Positions 10,813-20,063 of a DNA stretch of 64,000 nucleotides are shown here, in pieces (positions within the stretch are counted from its first letter, which is position 1; each line of letters starts with the position of its first letter). This stretch comes from Theionarchaea archaeon (GTDB taxonomy: Archaea; Methanobacteriota_B; Thermococci; Methanofastidiosales; SZ-28-30): assembly GCA_018992685.1 (NCBI GenBank), contig JACVGT010000011.1, positions 32,001-96,000 of the forward strand. The letters are read 5' to 3'. The notes below the pieces were generated by a model. It saw only the letters and a list, made by a program, of their open reading frames with translations. It ran no database searches and had not been told where the DNA came from. The position numbers and the translations under genes were made by a program.

Positions 10813-11484
10813 TTGCGTGATGAGCTGCTCATCCCTCTCAGGGTTGAACAACAAAGAGTTTTTATGCTCTTCTCCCATGTGACAGCAATGAGTGCAAGCA
10901 TCTATCCCATGGGGTCGATTTTCTTCTTCTATATCTTCTTCATAGTGTTGGTCATAGTCATGGTGTACGGCTTGTGGGAGCTCCAGCAGGCGCACCTTGA
11001 GCAGATGCCGAACCCACTTTCCGCAGCCTTCTTGGGAATTCCTGACACTATCAACCTTTTTGACGAGGTGCAGGCCATGCTCAGAATACAGAACGTGGGA
11101 AAGACCCGGCTGAAAAATGTCCGGGTGATGTGGGGTTCAGTATGGACTCTTTCTCTGGAGCCTGAAGCGCACGTGGATATTCCCTTTAAACTGGACACCC
11201 TAACTGCAGGAAATCACTCCATGAATGCCCGCGTGTGCTACAAGCAATGGGACGTAACCATTCTATGTTTTTACCACGTCTTTCTCAGAAGACTTACTCA
11301 GAAAGAGAAATATTTAAGAATTCTAGGATTGAAAGCAGGTGCATCCCGGAGAGACATAAAAAGGGCAAGGAACAGGCTGGCTAAGAAATATCATCCAGAC
11401 AAGGAAATGGGGAATGAGGAGAAAATGAAGGAAGTTAATGAAGCCTATCGGCGGCTCATGCAGGACTTAGATCCCCATACATAA
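10813..11484 (+). CDS. Membrane-anchored protein with C-terminal J-domain (true start probably later, about 10888-10909)
   Basis: N-terminal TM; C-terminal ILGL...[17 protein letters not shown]...EVNEAY (HPD motif). Confidence 0.8.
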   Translation: MRDELLIPLRVEQQRVFMLFSHVTAMSASIYPMGSIFFFYIFFIVLVIVMVYGLWELQQAHLEQMPNPLSAAFLGIPDTINLFDEVQAMLRIQNVGKTRLKNVRVMWGSVWTLSLEPEAHVDIPFKLDTLTAGNHSMNARVCYKQWDVTILCFYHVFLRRLTQKEKYLRILGLKAGASRRDIKRARNRLAKKYHPDKEMGNEEKMKEVNEAYRRLMQDLDPHT

Positions 11485-11541
11485 TTTCTCTTGACCAGCC
11501 AATAATCAGCTCGAAAACACATTCATCTATCATGACGGCAA

Positions 11542-12273
11542 TCAATACTGTTCTCCGTGATAATAAATGACAATACCGTCCTGTTGGATTTCAAACGGCA
11601 GCTTCCTCATGGTGTGCTTTGTTCCTCGCATCTTCCGTACCCGTAGTGTGCGTTTCAGATCGTGACCTTTTTCCTCGAGATCCATGATTATGACACCCCG
11701 GCAGACGAATTCCTCCACACCATACCGGGAAATCATGTTGGGGCGCACACTCTCTGTGGTCAGCAGAGACGTCACACCAATCTCCAGGAGCAGAGAGCTC
11801 AGGCGGTAGATAATGCCTCTGATCTGGCCCGTGTCAGTTACCCGCAGCTCCAGAGAAGGGAGAGAATCAATGACCAGCCGTGTTGCCTGAATTTTCTTGG
11901 TTGCCCGGTAGATTTCAGTTACCAGTGAATCTATGTCGAACCCCTTGGGCATGGTGTACTTCTCTCTGGTATGTAAACCAGAGCGGGTTGAAGCGGCATC
12001 AATGATGACCAGTCTCTCTTCGTCTTCGAACTTCTTGAAATCCCAGCCCAATGAAAGCATTTCGTTTCTCAGGTCTTCGGGTCGCTCTTCCAACGTCACG
12101 TAGATGCCTTTCTCGTTGTAGTCTCGTAGACCGCGATACAGGAATTGGGCGCAGAATACGGTCTTTCCAGTACCAGACGCACCAGTAACGAGTATGTTCG
12201 TTCCGGCGGGATACCCTCCGCCCATGACTTCGTCCAATCCCTCAATACCTGTCTTCACCCGTTTCATTGACAT
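11542..12273 (-). CDS. KaiC/RAD55-family single-domain RecA-superfamily ATPase
   Basis: KTGIEGLDEVMGGG, GASGTGKT, TLEE, VIDS, RKMRGT. Confidence 0.9.
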   Translation of the reverse strand: MSMKRVKTGIEGLDEVMGGGYPAGTNILVTGASGTGKTVFCAQFLYRGLRDYNEKGIYVTLEERPEDLRNEMLSLGWDFKKFEDEERLVIIDAASTRSGLHTREKYTMPKGFDIDSLVTEIYRATKKIQATRLVIDSLPSLELRVTDTGQIRGIIYRLSSLLLEIGVTSLLTTESVRPNMISRYGVEEFVCRGVIIMDLEEKGHDLKRTLRVRKMRGTKHTMRKLPFEIQQDGIVIYYHGEQY

Positions 12274-12369
12274 GATTTTTCTTCTTACTTATATATACTT
12301 TTCGCTTTTTTCCCAAATCTCTTTGGAAATCTTCCAAACATTTATATATAAGGGCATCTATGTACATAT

Positions 12370-12834
12370 ATGGACCAGCTTGATCGAGAGATCTTAAGGG
12401 AACTGTTGCAAGATTCGCGAAAGCCCACCTCAGAGATTTCGAGAGAACTGAATAAGCCAAATTCCACCATAGATTTCAGAATCAAGAAGATGATGGAAAA
12501 GAACATTATAAAAGGATTCACCGTCATAACTGATCAGTCTGCCCTTTCCAAAACCTTTGCACAGGTAATTGTGGACGTTGAAAAACCCTTCTTCAAGGAC
12601 AGGTACCGGGAAGTTATAGAAGATGTGGCTCATCGATTGGCTGAACACACTGAAATATGTGTGATTGCTGCCATACGGGAGGGGAAGCTGTTCTGCATTG
12701 TCGCCTGTGCGGATGCTCTGGAGCTCAATGAATTCATTAACGAGAAAATCAAGATGACTCCATTCGTGCGCTCCTGCGAAACAGAGGTTTTTCTTGACGT
12801 TTATAAGAACAATGTGTGGGTGGAGGACTTATAG
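12370..12834 (+). CDS. Lrp/AsnC family transcriptional regulator
   Basis: MDQLDREILRELLQDSRKPTSEISREL...RIKKM HTH; divergent from the KaiC-like gene across an AT-rich promoter. Confidence 0.88.
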   Translation: MDQLDREILRELLQDSRKPTSEISRELNKPNSTIDFRIKKMMEKNIIKGFTVITDQSALSKTFAQVIVDVEKPFFKDRYREVIEDVAHRLAEHTEICVIAAIREGKLFCIVACADALELNEFINEKIKMTPFVRSCETEVFLDVYKNNVWVEDL

Positions 12835-14593
12835 TAGTGGCTCGATACCGGATTCCAACCCAGTATTCACCTATGGCGAAATATGTGTCTACTGGTGGCA
12901 GGGTTTCTTTGTTGCGGTAAACGAAGACTGCAGGTCTCTCTTCTTGTCTGGCCAATTCAATAGTCTTTTGCGCTTCTGCACTTCCCACTTCAAACCACAT
13001 GCCATTGTCCACAGGACGTCCGGTGAGGACGACAATACGGTCAGCGAGAGAGGGTTCATCGACATGAATGATCTGATTCGGATCAGTATTCTGTTCTATG
13101 AATGCTTTCAGGGCAATGTCAGCTTCACGTAGTCCAGGTTGTAGGAAATGGAGTCCTACTGCCCCATCAAGTGCAGTAATGCTGGGGAGGATAGGTGACC
13201 CACTTCCTGGCACACCAATGGCAATCAGAGGCATGGGGATCAGTCCTATCAGGAGGAGGAGAGCTACCCTCTTCCGGGAGGTGATCCACTTCTGCAGGTA
13301 CAATGCAATGAAGATGGCCCAGAAAGGTGCCGTGTGGAACCAGTACCGTCCACCGTAGAAGACGAGGGCAGGAAGAAACCCGATCAGGATGTACTTTACG
13401 AGGTCTCGGTTAATCCCCGAAGACTGTCTCAGCCCTTTGATCCCAAAACCCAGAAAGATGGGGTTGAAGATCTGCAGCGACAGCATGCCGATAATCAATC
13501 CCAGAACAGGGTTTCCCACTATTGTGCCAAAACTCCTCAGGAAATCCCGGAACAGAAAAACCCTCAGAGCCCACGGAAGGTAAAAAATCAAAGAGAGTAC
13601 AACAAACTTCCGGTAAAAGGAAAAATACGTCCTGAACTTATAGGAGAGAACCAGTAAACACACCAATACCAGAAAAGGGAAGGAGAGATGGGAATACAGG
13701 CATAAGACCATGAAGAAGACTGACCAGCCCAGCCGCTTGGAGAGAAAAGCCAGCAGCAATAAGGGAAAGAAGAGGTTAACCAGAGAGCTGGGCATAACTC
13801 CAATGAATATCAGCAGGAACGTGGCATCCATAGACAAAATGATCAGAGCGATAAAGGCGATTTTGGATGAGAATAAGAGGCGGGCGAAGTACCAGGAGGT
13901 GAGCAATGCTACAGGATACAAGACGATCTGCAGCACTTTGGCCCCCTCAATAACGTGGTCAGCATCCTCACTGAAGAAGGTAATCAGGATGTGAAGCAAA
14001 GGAGGATATAGGTGAGGTCTGCCCACAGGCTGGTACTCCCAGGTGTCCCACAGGGGAATCTCCTTCAGCTCAATGATCTTTCTGGCTACTGCCATGTGAT
14101 ACCAGCCATCATCTCCAAAAGGCTGAAATTTATCAGCATTAACCAGAAAACTCAAGAAAATGAAGAGGATAATGAGGAGAGCCAGTAAATCAAGTTTCTC
14201 CGTGGCGAAACGCAGTCGAGGCCGGGAGAATACCTCGCCGTCTTTTGAAATAACAATGGCTTCCTTCCACGCAATTGGACTTTCTTCTTTCTCACCAATT
14301 CGGAATCGAGCATAAATCACCTTGACCACACGGGCTACAGGAAGGAGGAGGAGAAAGATCCATAATCTGGTCAGAAGCACTATGGAGAAGATGAGGAGTA
14401 CATTTGCTACAATCAGCAGGATGACTCTGAGAAGTGAAGAACGCACCTCCCGTCTGTACAGGTATAGAGCCAGGGGGGCTGTGAATATCGTGGACAGGTA
14501 GAACCCAGGCCTGTGCCATCCTCTGGTGGCGATTTTGAGACACGCCTGCTCGAAATAGTCAAACCCCTTGGGAAGCCAGGTTAAAGGGTTCAT
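12749..14593 (-). CDS. Multi-pass membrane protein, GT-C-fold glycosyltransferase-like
   Basis: DDGWYH and GRPHLYPPLLH motifs resembling STT3/PMT external loops; many TM segments. Confidence 0.6.
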   Translation of the reverse strand: MNPLTWLPKGFDYFEQACLKIATRGWHRPGFYLSTIFTAPLALYLYRREVRSSLLRVILLIVANVLLIFSIVLLTRLWIFLLLLPVARVVKVIYARFRIGEKEESPIAWKEAIVISKDGEVFSRPRLRFATEKLDLLALLIILFIFLSFLVNADKFQPFGDDGWYHMAVARKIIELKEIPLWDTWEYQPVGRPHLYPPLLHILITFFSEDADHVIEGAKVLQIVLYPVALLTSWYFARLLFSSKIAFIALIILSMDATFLLIFIGVMPSSLVNLFFPLLLLAFLSKRLGWSVFFMVLCLYSHLSFPFLVLVCLLVLSYKFRTYFSFYRKFVVLSLIFYLPWALRVFLFRDFLRSFGTIVGNPVLGLIIGMLSLQIFNPIFLGFGIKGLRQSSGINRDLVKYILIGFLPALVFYGGRYWFHTAPFWAIFIALYLQKWITSRKRVALLLLIGLIPMPLIAIGVPGSGSPILPSITALDGAVGLHFLQPGLREADIALKAFIEQNTDPNQIIHVDEPSLADRIVVLTGRPVDNGMWFEVGSAEAQKTIELARQEERPAVFVYRNKETLPPVDTYFAIGEYWVGIRYRATTISPPPTHCSYKRQEKPLFRRSARMESS

Positions 14594-14725
14594 CTCCCCA
14601 CCTCCCCATTAAAGCATAAAAGGTTACTGGTGCCAGTCCAGTGATTCCGCCTGTAATCCTGATGACAATACTTATATGGTTCCTTCCCCAACCACCACAA
14701 TAACCACACAAAAGGTGTAGAATAC

Positions 14726-16615
14726 ATGAATAACGGGAAGGTAACCCTCGATAGAATGAGAGAACAGTACCCAGAGAAGTTTAAAACAGAACCCGGGATA
14801 TTTGAGAATATCCATCGGGGAGACTACATATTCATCGGTACAGCCTGTGCTGAGCCACAGTACCTTGTAGAAGCCTTAATAAACTATGTAGAATCATATC
14901 CCAAAGCCTTTTTTGATGCTGAGATCATTCATGTGTGGACACTGGGTGTCGCTCCCTATACTGATGAGAAATTCAGATCAAACTTCAGGCATGATTCTTT
15001 TTTTGTTGGAGAGAATACCAGGTCAGCAGTAAATAAAGGGTGTGCTGATTATACCCCTATCTTTCTGTCAGAAGTACCACACTTATTCTATGATGGTATC
15101 GTCCCCGTGGATGTTGCTCTGATACAGACATCACTTCCAGACAGCCATGGGTACATGAGTCTGGGTGTCAGTGTTGATATCACAAAGGCTGCAACTGAAG
15201 AGGCGTCTCTTGTAATTGCGCAGGTCAATTCCAATATGCCACGGGTACATGGAGATGGGTTCATCCACATAGATGATGTGGATTTTGTAGTTCCTCATGA
15301 TGAGCCAGTCCTCGAGTATGAACCACAGGTATCTGATGAGATTGCCCAGCAGATAGGCACCTACGTGGCACCACTGGTGGAAGATGGTGACACCATTCAG
15401 GTAGGATATGGAAGCATACCAAATGCTATCCTGTCCAACCTCGGTCAGAAAAAGCACCTGGGAGTCCACACTGAACTCCTGGGAGACGGCATTGTGGATC
15501 TCATGAAAGCAGGTGTTATTGACAACAGCAGAAAGGCGATAGACAGGGGGAAAACCACAGCCACCTTCTGCATGGGTACAAAAGAAACCTATTCATATAT
15601 CCATGATAACCCTTCCATCGAATTCAAGATCGTGGACTATACGAATAATCCGTTGATTATTGCCCGGCACGACCACATGACAGCCATCAACAGTGCTCTG
15701 GAAATCGACCTCACCGGGCAGGCCACGGCAGAGTCCATTGGAAAAACCTTCTACAGTGGTATTGGAGGACAGGCAGACTTCATGCGAGGGGCTGCTCTTG
15801 CCCGAAATGGGAGGACAATCCTCACCTTGCAGTCAACAGCAGAAAATGGTGAGGTGTCGCGGATTGTCCCCTTCCTGAAAGAGGGTGCGGGTGTAACCCT
15901 GAACAGAGGAGACATTCACTATGTAGTCACAGAATGGGGAATTGCGTACCTGCATGGCAAGAATATCAGGGAACGGGCCATGGAGCTGATTGCTATTGCT
16001 CACCCGAAGTTCAGGCCCTGGCTGATCAAGGAAGCAAAGAACCTCAATCTCATCTACAAGGACCAGGCCTTCATCCCCGGGAAGAGAGGAGAGTACCCTG
16101 GAGAGCTGGAGATGTACAGAACCACAAGAGAAGGGCTGGAAATCTTGTTGAGACCTGTCAAGATCAGCGATGAGCCCTTGCTCAAGGATTTCTTTTACTC
16201 TCTGTCAGATCAGAGCATGTACAGGCGATTCATCTCCCAGCGTAAAGACATGCCCCATGAAAGGCTGCAGGACTTCGTGGTCATTGACTACACCAAGGAG
16301 ATGGTGATCCTGGCTGTGATCCAGGAAGAAGAACGGGAAGAAGTGGTGGGGGTGGGTCAGTATGGTATCGATGATATCACTCACACTGCAGAAGTTGCCT
16401 TCGTAGTCCGTGATGACTATCAGAACAAAGGAGTGGGAACTGAATTACTAACGTATCTGACATACCTTGCAAAACGACGTGGGTTACTGGGCTTTACGGC
16501 AGAAGTCCTCCTGGAAAATAAGCCCATGCTCCATCTATTTGAAAAAATGGGATTTGATATACAGAAGAGAACAGATGGAGGAGTATACGAACTGAGAATG
16601 GCTTTCAGAGGTTAA
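14726..16615 (+). CDS. Acetyl-CoA hydrolase/CoA-transferase with C-terminal GNAT domain
   Basis: QVGYGSIP, HLGVHTE, SGIGGQADFMRGA; C-terminal AEVAFVVRDDYQNKGVGTELL GNAT motif. Confidence 0.9.
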   Translation: MNNGKVTLDRMREQYPEKFKTEPGIFENIHRGDYIFIGTACAEPQYLVEALINYVESYPKAFFDAEIIHVWTLGVAPYTDEKFRSNFRHDSFFVGENTRSAVNKGCADYTPIFLSEVPHLFYDGIVPVDVALIQTSLPDSHGYMSLGVSVDITKAATEEASLVIAQVNSNMPRVHGDGFIHIDDVDFVVPHDEPVLEYEPQVSDEIAQQIGTYVAPLVEDGDTIQVGYGSIPNAILSNLGQKKHLGVHTELLGDGIVDLMKAGVIDNSRKAIDRGKTTATFCMGTKETYSYIHDNPSIEFKIVDYTNNPLIIARHDHMTAINSALEIDLTGQATAESIGKTFYSGIGGQADFMRGAALARNGRTILTLQSTAENGEVSRIVPFLKEGAGVTLNRGDIHYVVTEWGIAYLHGKNIRERAMELIAIAHPKFRPWLIKEAKNLNLIYKDQAFIPGKRGEYPGELEMYRTTREGLEILLRPVKISDEPLLKDFFYSLSDQSMYRRFISQRKDMPHERLQDFVVIDYTKEMVILAVIQEEEREEVVGVGQYGIDDITHTAEVAFVVRDDYQNKGVGTELLTYLTYLAKRRGLLGFTAEVLLENKPMLHLFEKMGFDIQKRTDGGVYELRMAFRG

Positions 16616-16618
16616 AAT

Positions 16619-18748
16619 ATGACGGATCCACCAGATATTACATACCTGTTCGAGCCCCGCTCTGTGGCGGTAGTTGGTGCCTCTCACGATGAGTCCAAGG
16701 TGGGGTACAAGGTGCTGGAGAACATCGTCAAGGGAGGATTCACAGGGGATGTCTATCCTGTGAACCCGAAGGGAGGGGAGATTCTGGGACTCCCTGTCTT
16801 TGAGCGCGTTGAGGATTTGCCTGAAGGTGTGGATATTGCATTTATCATCATCCCTGGGAAGTATGTGTTTGAGGCTGTGAAAAGCTGTGCAGAAAGGAAG
16901 GCGAAATTCCTCCCGATTATCTCTTCCGGATTTTCTGAAGTGGGGAACATTGAAGAGGAGCACAAGATGGTAGAGTATGCCAGAGAGCACGGCATGCGGA
17001 TTTTGGGCCCCAACATTTTTGGCATCTATTCGGCTGGAGTCTCCTTAAATGGCACCTTCGGTCCCCCCCATATTCTCAAAGGAAATGTAGCCATCGTCAC
17101 CCAGAGCGGGGCTTTAGGCGGTTCAATGATAGGAAAGACGGCTGTGGAGAATATCGGGCTATCCACCATGGTCTCAGTGGGGAATAAGGCAGATATTGGG
17201 GAACCTGACCTTCTGCGATATTTGATGAAGTCTGATACCGCCAGAGTCATCTTCATGTATATTGAAGGAGTGAAAGAAGGGGAGGAATTGATCACAGTAT
17301 TGAGTGAGGCCACACGGGTAAAACCTGTCATTGTCATCAAATCAGGCCGATCGAAAAGAGGTGCTATGGCGGCAGCCTCTCACACAGGGTCTCTGGCAGG
17401 CCAGGACGAGGTTTTTGATGCTATTATGAAACAGTGTGGTGTCTTGCGGGCAGAGAGCCTGCAGGAAGCCTTCAACTGGTGCAAGTTTCTGGCCAGTGCC
17501 CCTTTACCGAAAGGGAATGCCACCGTAATCGTCACCAACGGCGGAGGTCTTGGGGTCATGGCTACCGATGCCTGTGAGAAGTACGATGTCAGTCTGTATG
17601 ATGATACTGAAATCCTGAGGGAAGCCTTTTCAGATGCGACGCCTGACTTCGGGTCTACAAAGAACCCTGTGGACATAACCGGGCAGGCCACTCCCCAGCA
17701 CTATGAATCTGCATTGAGAGCTGCTCTCGATCATGAAAGTATTGACAGTATCATTGCTCTGTACTGTGAGACTGCAGTTTTTGACCTCGAGGCATTTGTA
17801 GAACTCATGAGGCAGTACCATCAGAAAGCACTCCAGGTGGGAAAACCGCTCCTCTTTTCACTCCTGGGTGGTGGAAGGATTGAAGAGTGTATCCGTTCTC
17901 TCAAGAATGAAGGAGTCCCTGTATATGCAGATGTGTATGAGTGTGTCAGCTGTCTGGGAGCACTCTACCAGTATTACCATCACTCTTTAGCTGAGGAAGA
18001 GCTCCCTGAAGAGTATGATATTGATTACAGTACCATCAATACTGTGGTAGAGAAGGCTACTGCAGAAAATCGGTATTTCCTCCTCTCTCATGAGGCTCAA
18101 GCCATCATGGAAGCTGCACGAATTCCCACTCCTCAGAGTTATATTGCCAGGACCCTGGATCAGGCCGTTGCTTTTGCAGAGAAGGTGGGGTATCCTGTGG
18201 TCATGAAGGTGGTCTCCAGGGATATCATACACAAGAGTGATGCAGGTGGAGTTGCCCTTGACCTGGAGAATAAGGAAGAGCTCATGGATGCATACCAGGC
18301 CATCCTGTATAACTCGAGACAGTATAACCCTCATGCCAGAATTGATGGCATCGAGGTCGCTGAAATGGTGGAGAAAGGAACAGAGACTATTGTGGGAGCC
18401 CGCATAGATCAGGCCTTTGGTCCTGTGGTCATGTTTGGTCTCGGTGGGATCTATGTTGAGGTCATGAAGGATGTTTCCTTCAGGGCTTTTCCCCTGAACC
18501 GTGAGGAAGTACTGACCATGATGAAGGAGACCCGATCGTACCCCCTTCTGCTGGGAGTTCGGGGGGAAGAGAAAAAAGACATCGAGAGTGTCCAAGATGC
18601 TATCATGAAAGTGGGTGCAGTGATTCACAACTGTGCTCTCATTACTGATATTGAGGTTAACCCCCTGGTTGTGTACGAACGGGGGGTCAAAGCAGTAGAT
18701 GTGAGGATTCTCCTGAAGAGAGAGAAAGGTGGTGATATTAATGAATAA
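16619..18748 (+). CDS. acdAB: ADP-forming acetate-CoA ligase, fused alpha-beta
   Basis: FEPRSVAVVGAS, GPN, SHTGSLAG (phospho-His), TNGGG, NPVD, ATP-grasp HKSDAGGV and DIEVNPL. Confidence 0.88.
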   Translation: MTDPPDITYLFEPRSVAVVGASHDESKVGYKVLENIVKGGFTGDVYPVNPKGGEILGLPVFERVEDLPEGVDIAFIIIPGKYVFEAVKSCAERKAKFLPIISSGFSEVGNIEEEHKMVEYAREHGMRILGPNIFGIYSAGVSLNGTFGPPHILKGNVAIVTQSGALGGSMIGKTAVENIGLSTMVSVGNKADIGEPDLLRYLMKSDTARVIFMYIEGVKEGEELITVLSEATRVKPVIVIKSGRSKRGAMAAASHTGSLAGQDEVFDAIMKQCGVLRAESLQEAFNWCKFLASAPLPKGNATVIVTNGGGLGVMATDACEKYDVSLYDDTEILREAFSDATPDFGSTKNPVDITGQATPQHYESALRAALDHESIDSIIALYCETAVFDLEAFVELMRQYHQKALQVGKPLLFSLLGGGRIEECIRSLKNEGVPVYADVYECVSCLGALYQYYHHSLAEEELPEEYDIDYSTINTVVEKATAENRYFLLSHEAQAIMEAARIPTPQSYIARTLDQAVAFAEKVGYPVVMKVVSRDIIHKSDAGGVALDLENKEELMDAYQAILYNSRQYNPHARIDGIEVAEMVEKGTETIVGARIDQAFGPVVMFGLGGIYVEVMKDVSFRAFPLNREEVLTMMKETRSYPLLLGVRGEEKKDIESVQDAIMKVGAVIHNCALITDIEVNPLVVYERGVKAVDVRILLKREKGGDINE

Positions 18749-19775
18749 GATAGTAGTGGCATCAACACGAGAGAATGCTGGAAAGACCAGTTTCATTGTA
18801 GGGTTAACCAGGGCGTTACAGTGTGAGGTTGGATACATGAAGCCTTTCGGAGACAGGCTCTTGTACAGAAAAAAACGGTTATGGGATTATGATTCTGCAG
18901 TGATGGCCAATATCTTTGGGCTACGAGAAGACCCAGAGAATATTACCATTGCGTTCGAGCACTCCAAGATCAGGTATATGTATGATGAAGAAGGTACAAA
19001 GGAGAAACTTCTGGAAATGGCGGCCAATACGGGGGAAGGTAAAGATCTGCTCATTGTGGAAGGCGGAAAGGACCTGACTTACGGGATATCTGTGTTTCTG
19101 GATGCTGTCTCTGTGGCGCGGCATCTGGAGGGAGAATTACTCTTGGTCCTGGGTGGCGGTGACGAGACAATTGTGGACGACATTACATTTGTCAGGAAAT
19201 GTGTGGACATGAAAGGAGTTGACCTGAAAGGAGTGGTCATCACCAAAGTTCGAGACCCCAGAGAGTTCACTGATCTTTACATGGATAGTATTGCAGAACT
19301 GGATGTGCCAGTGCTGGGGATTATTCCCTACGAAAAGGAGCTGACGTATTTGTCTGTAGGATATCTGGCCGAATTCCTGTTTGCCAAGGTTCTGGCAGGT
19401 GAGAATGGATTAAACAATGTTGCAAGGCACATTTTTGTAGGTGCTCTGTCTGCTCATGCAGCCATGAGAAATCCTCTCTGGAAGGAGGAAGACAAGCTGA
19501 TTATCACCGGTGGAGACCGGACAGACATGATCCTGGCTGCTCTGGAGAGTGACACAGCGGGAATTGTCCTGACCAACAATGTCCTACCACCTTCAGCAAC
19601 AATTTCAAAGGCTGCTACCCGGAATATACCGCTGCTTCTGGTGTCTTCTGATACATATCAGACAGCAAAACAGGTTGATGATCTGGAACCTCTGCTGACC
19701 AGAGAGGACGTAGGGAAGATTGACCTGCTGGAGAAACTGGTACGAGAGCATGTGAAGCTTGAAGAAATCTGCTAG
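18741..19775 (+). CDS. Phosphotransacetylase N-terminal-like (AAA_26 + DRTGG) protein
   Basis: AGKTS, GYMKP, VEG, ITGGDRTD; GGTGA RBS before ATG 18741. Confidence 0.85.
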   Translation: MNKIVVASTRENAGKTSFIVGLTRALQCEVGYMKPFGDRLLYRKKRLWDYDSAVMANIFGLREDPENITIAFEHSKIRYMYDEEGTKEKLLEMAANTGEGKDLLIVEGGKDLTYGISVFLDAVSVARHLEGELLLVLGGGDETIVDDITFVRKCVDMKGVDLKGVVITKVRDPREFTDLYMDSIAELDVPVLGIIPYEKELTYLSVGYLAEFLFAKVLAGENGLNNVARHIFVGALSAHAAMRNPLWKEEDKLIITGGDRTDMILAALESDTAGIVLTNNVLPPSATISKAATRNIPLLLVSSDTYQTAKQVDDLEPLLTREDVGKIDLLEKLVREHVKLEEIC

Positions 19776-20063
19776 CATCAAAGGAGAAAACGTGGCGTCA
19801 TGAAAGGCAGTGAATCGACAGCGTAGACTGGAGTCTTGATGCGAGAAAATGAACTCTTTTTTCTAATGAAAGAAAGTACATAACCTGCACTTCAGAAAGA
19901 GTCCACAGACTGAATCATATAGTTGCTTTGGATGTTGCACTCTGTGACATGGGGAGTGGGGGGATTGATTGGGCACGTGACCGTCCTCTGCTGAACAATG
20001 AGGATCTCGCGGTATTCATCGAATAGCAGAAGAATTCTTATAGTCGTACCCGGTATGTACGTC

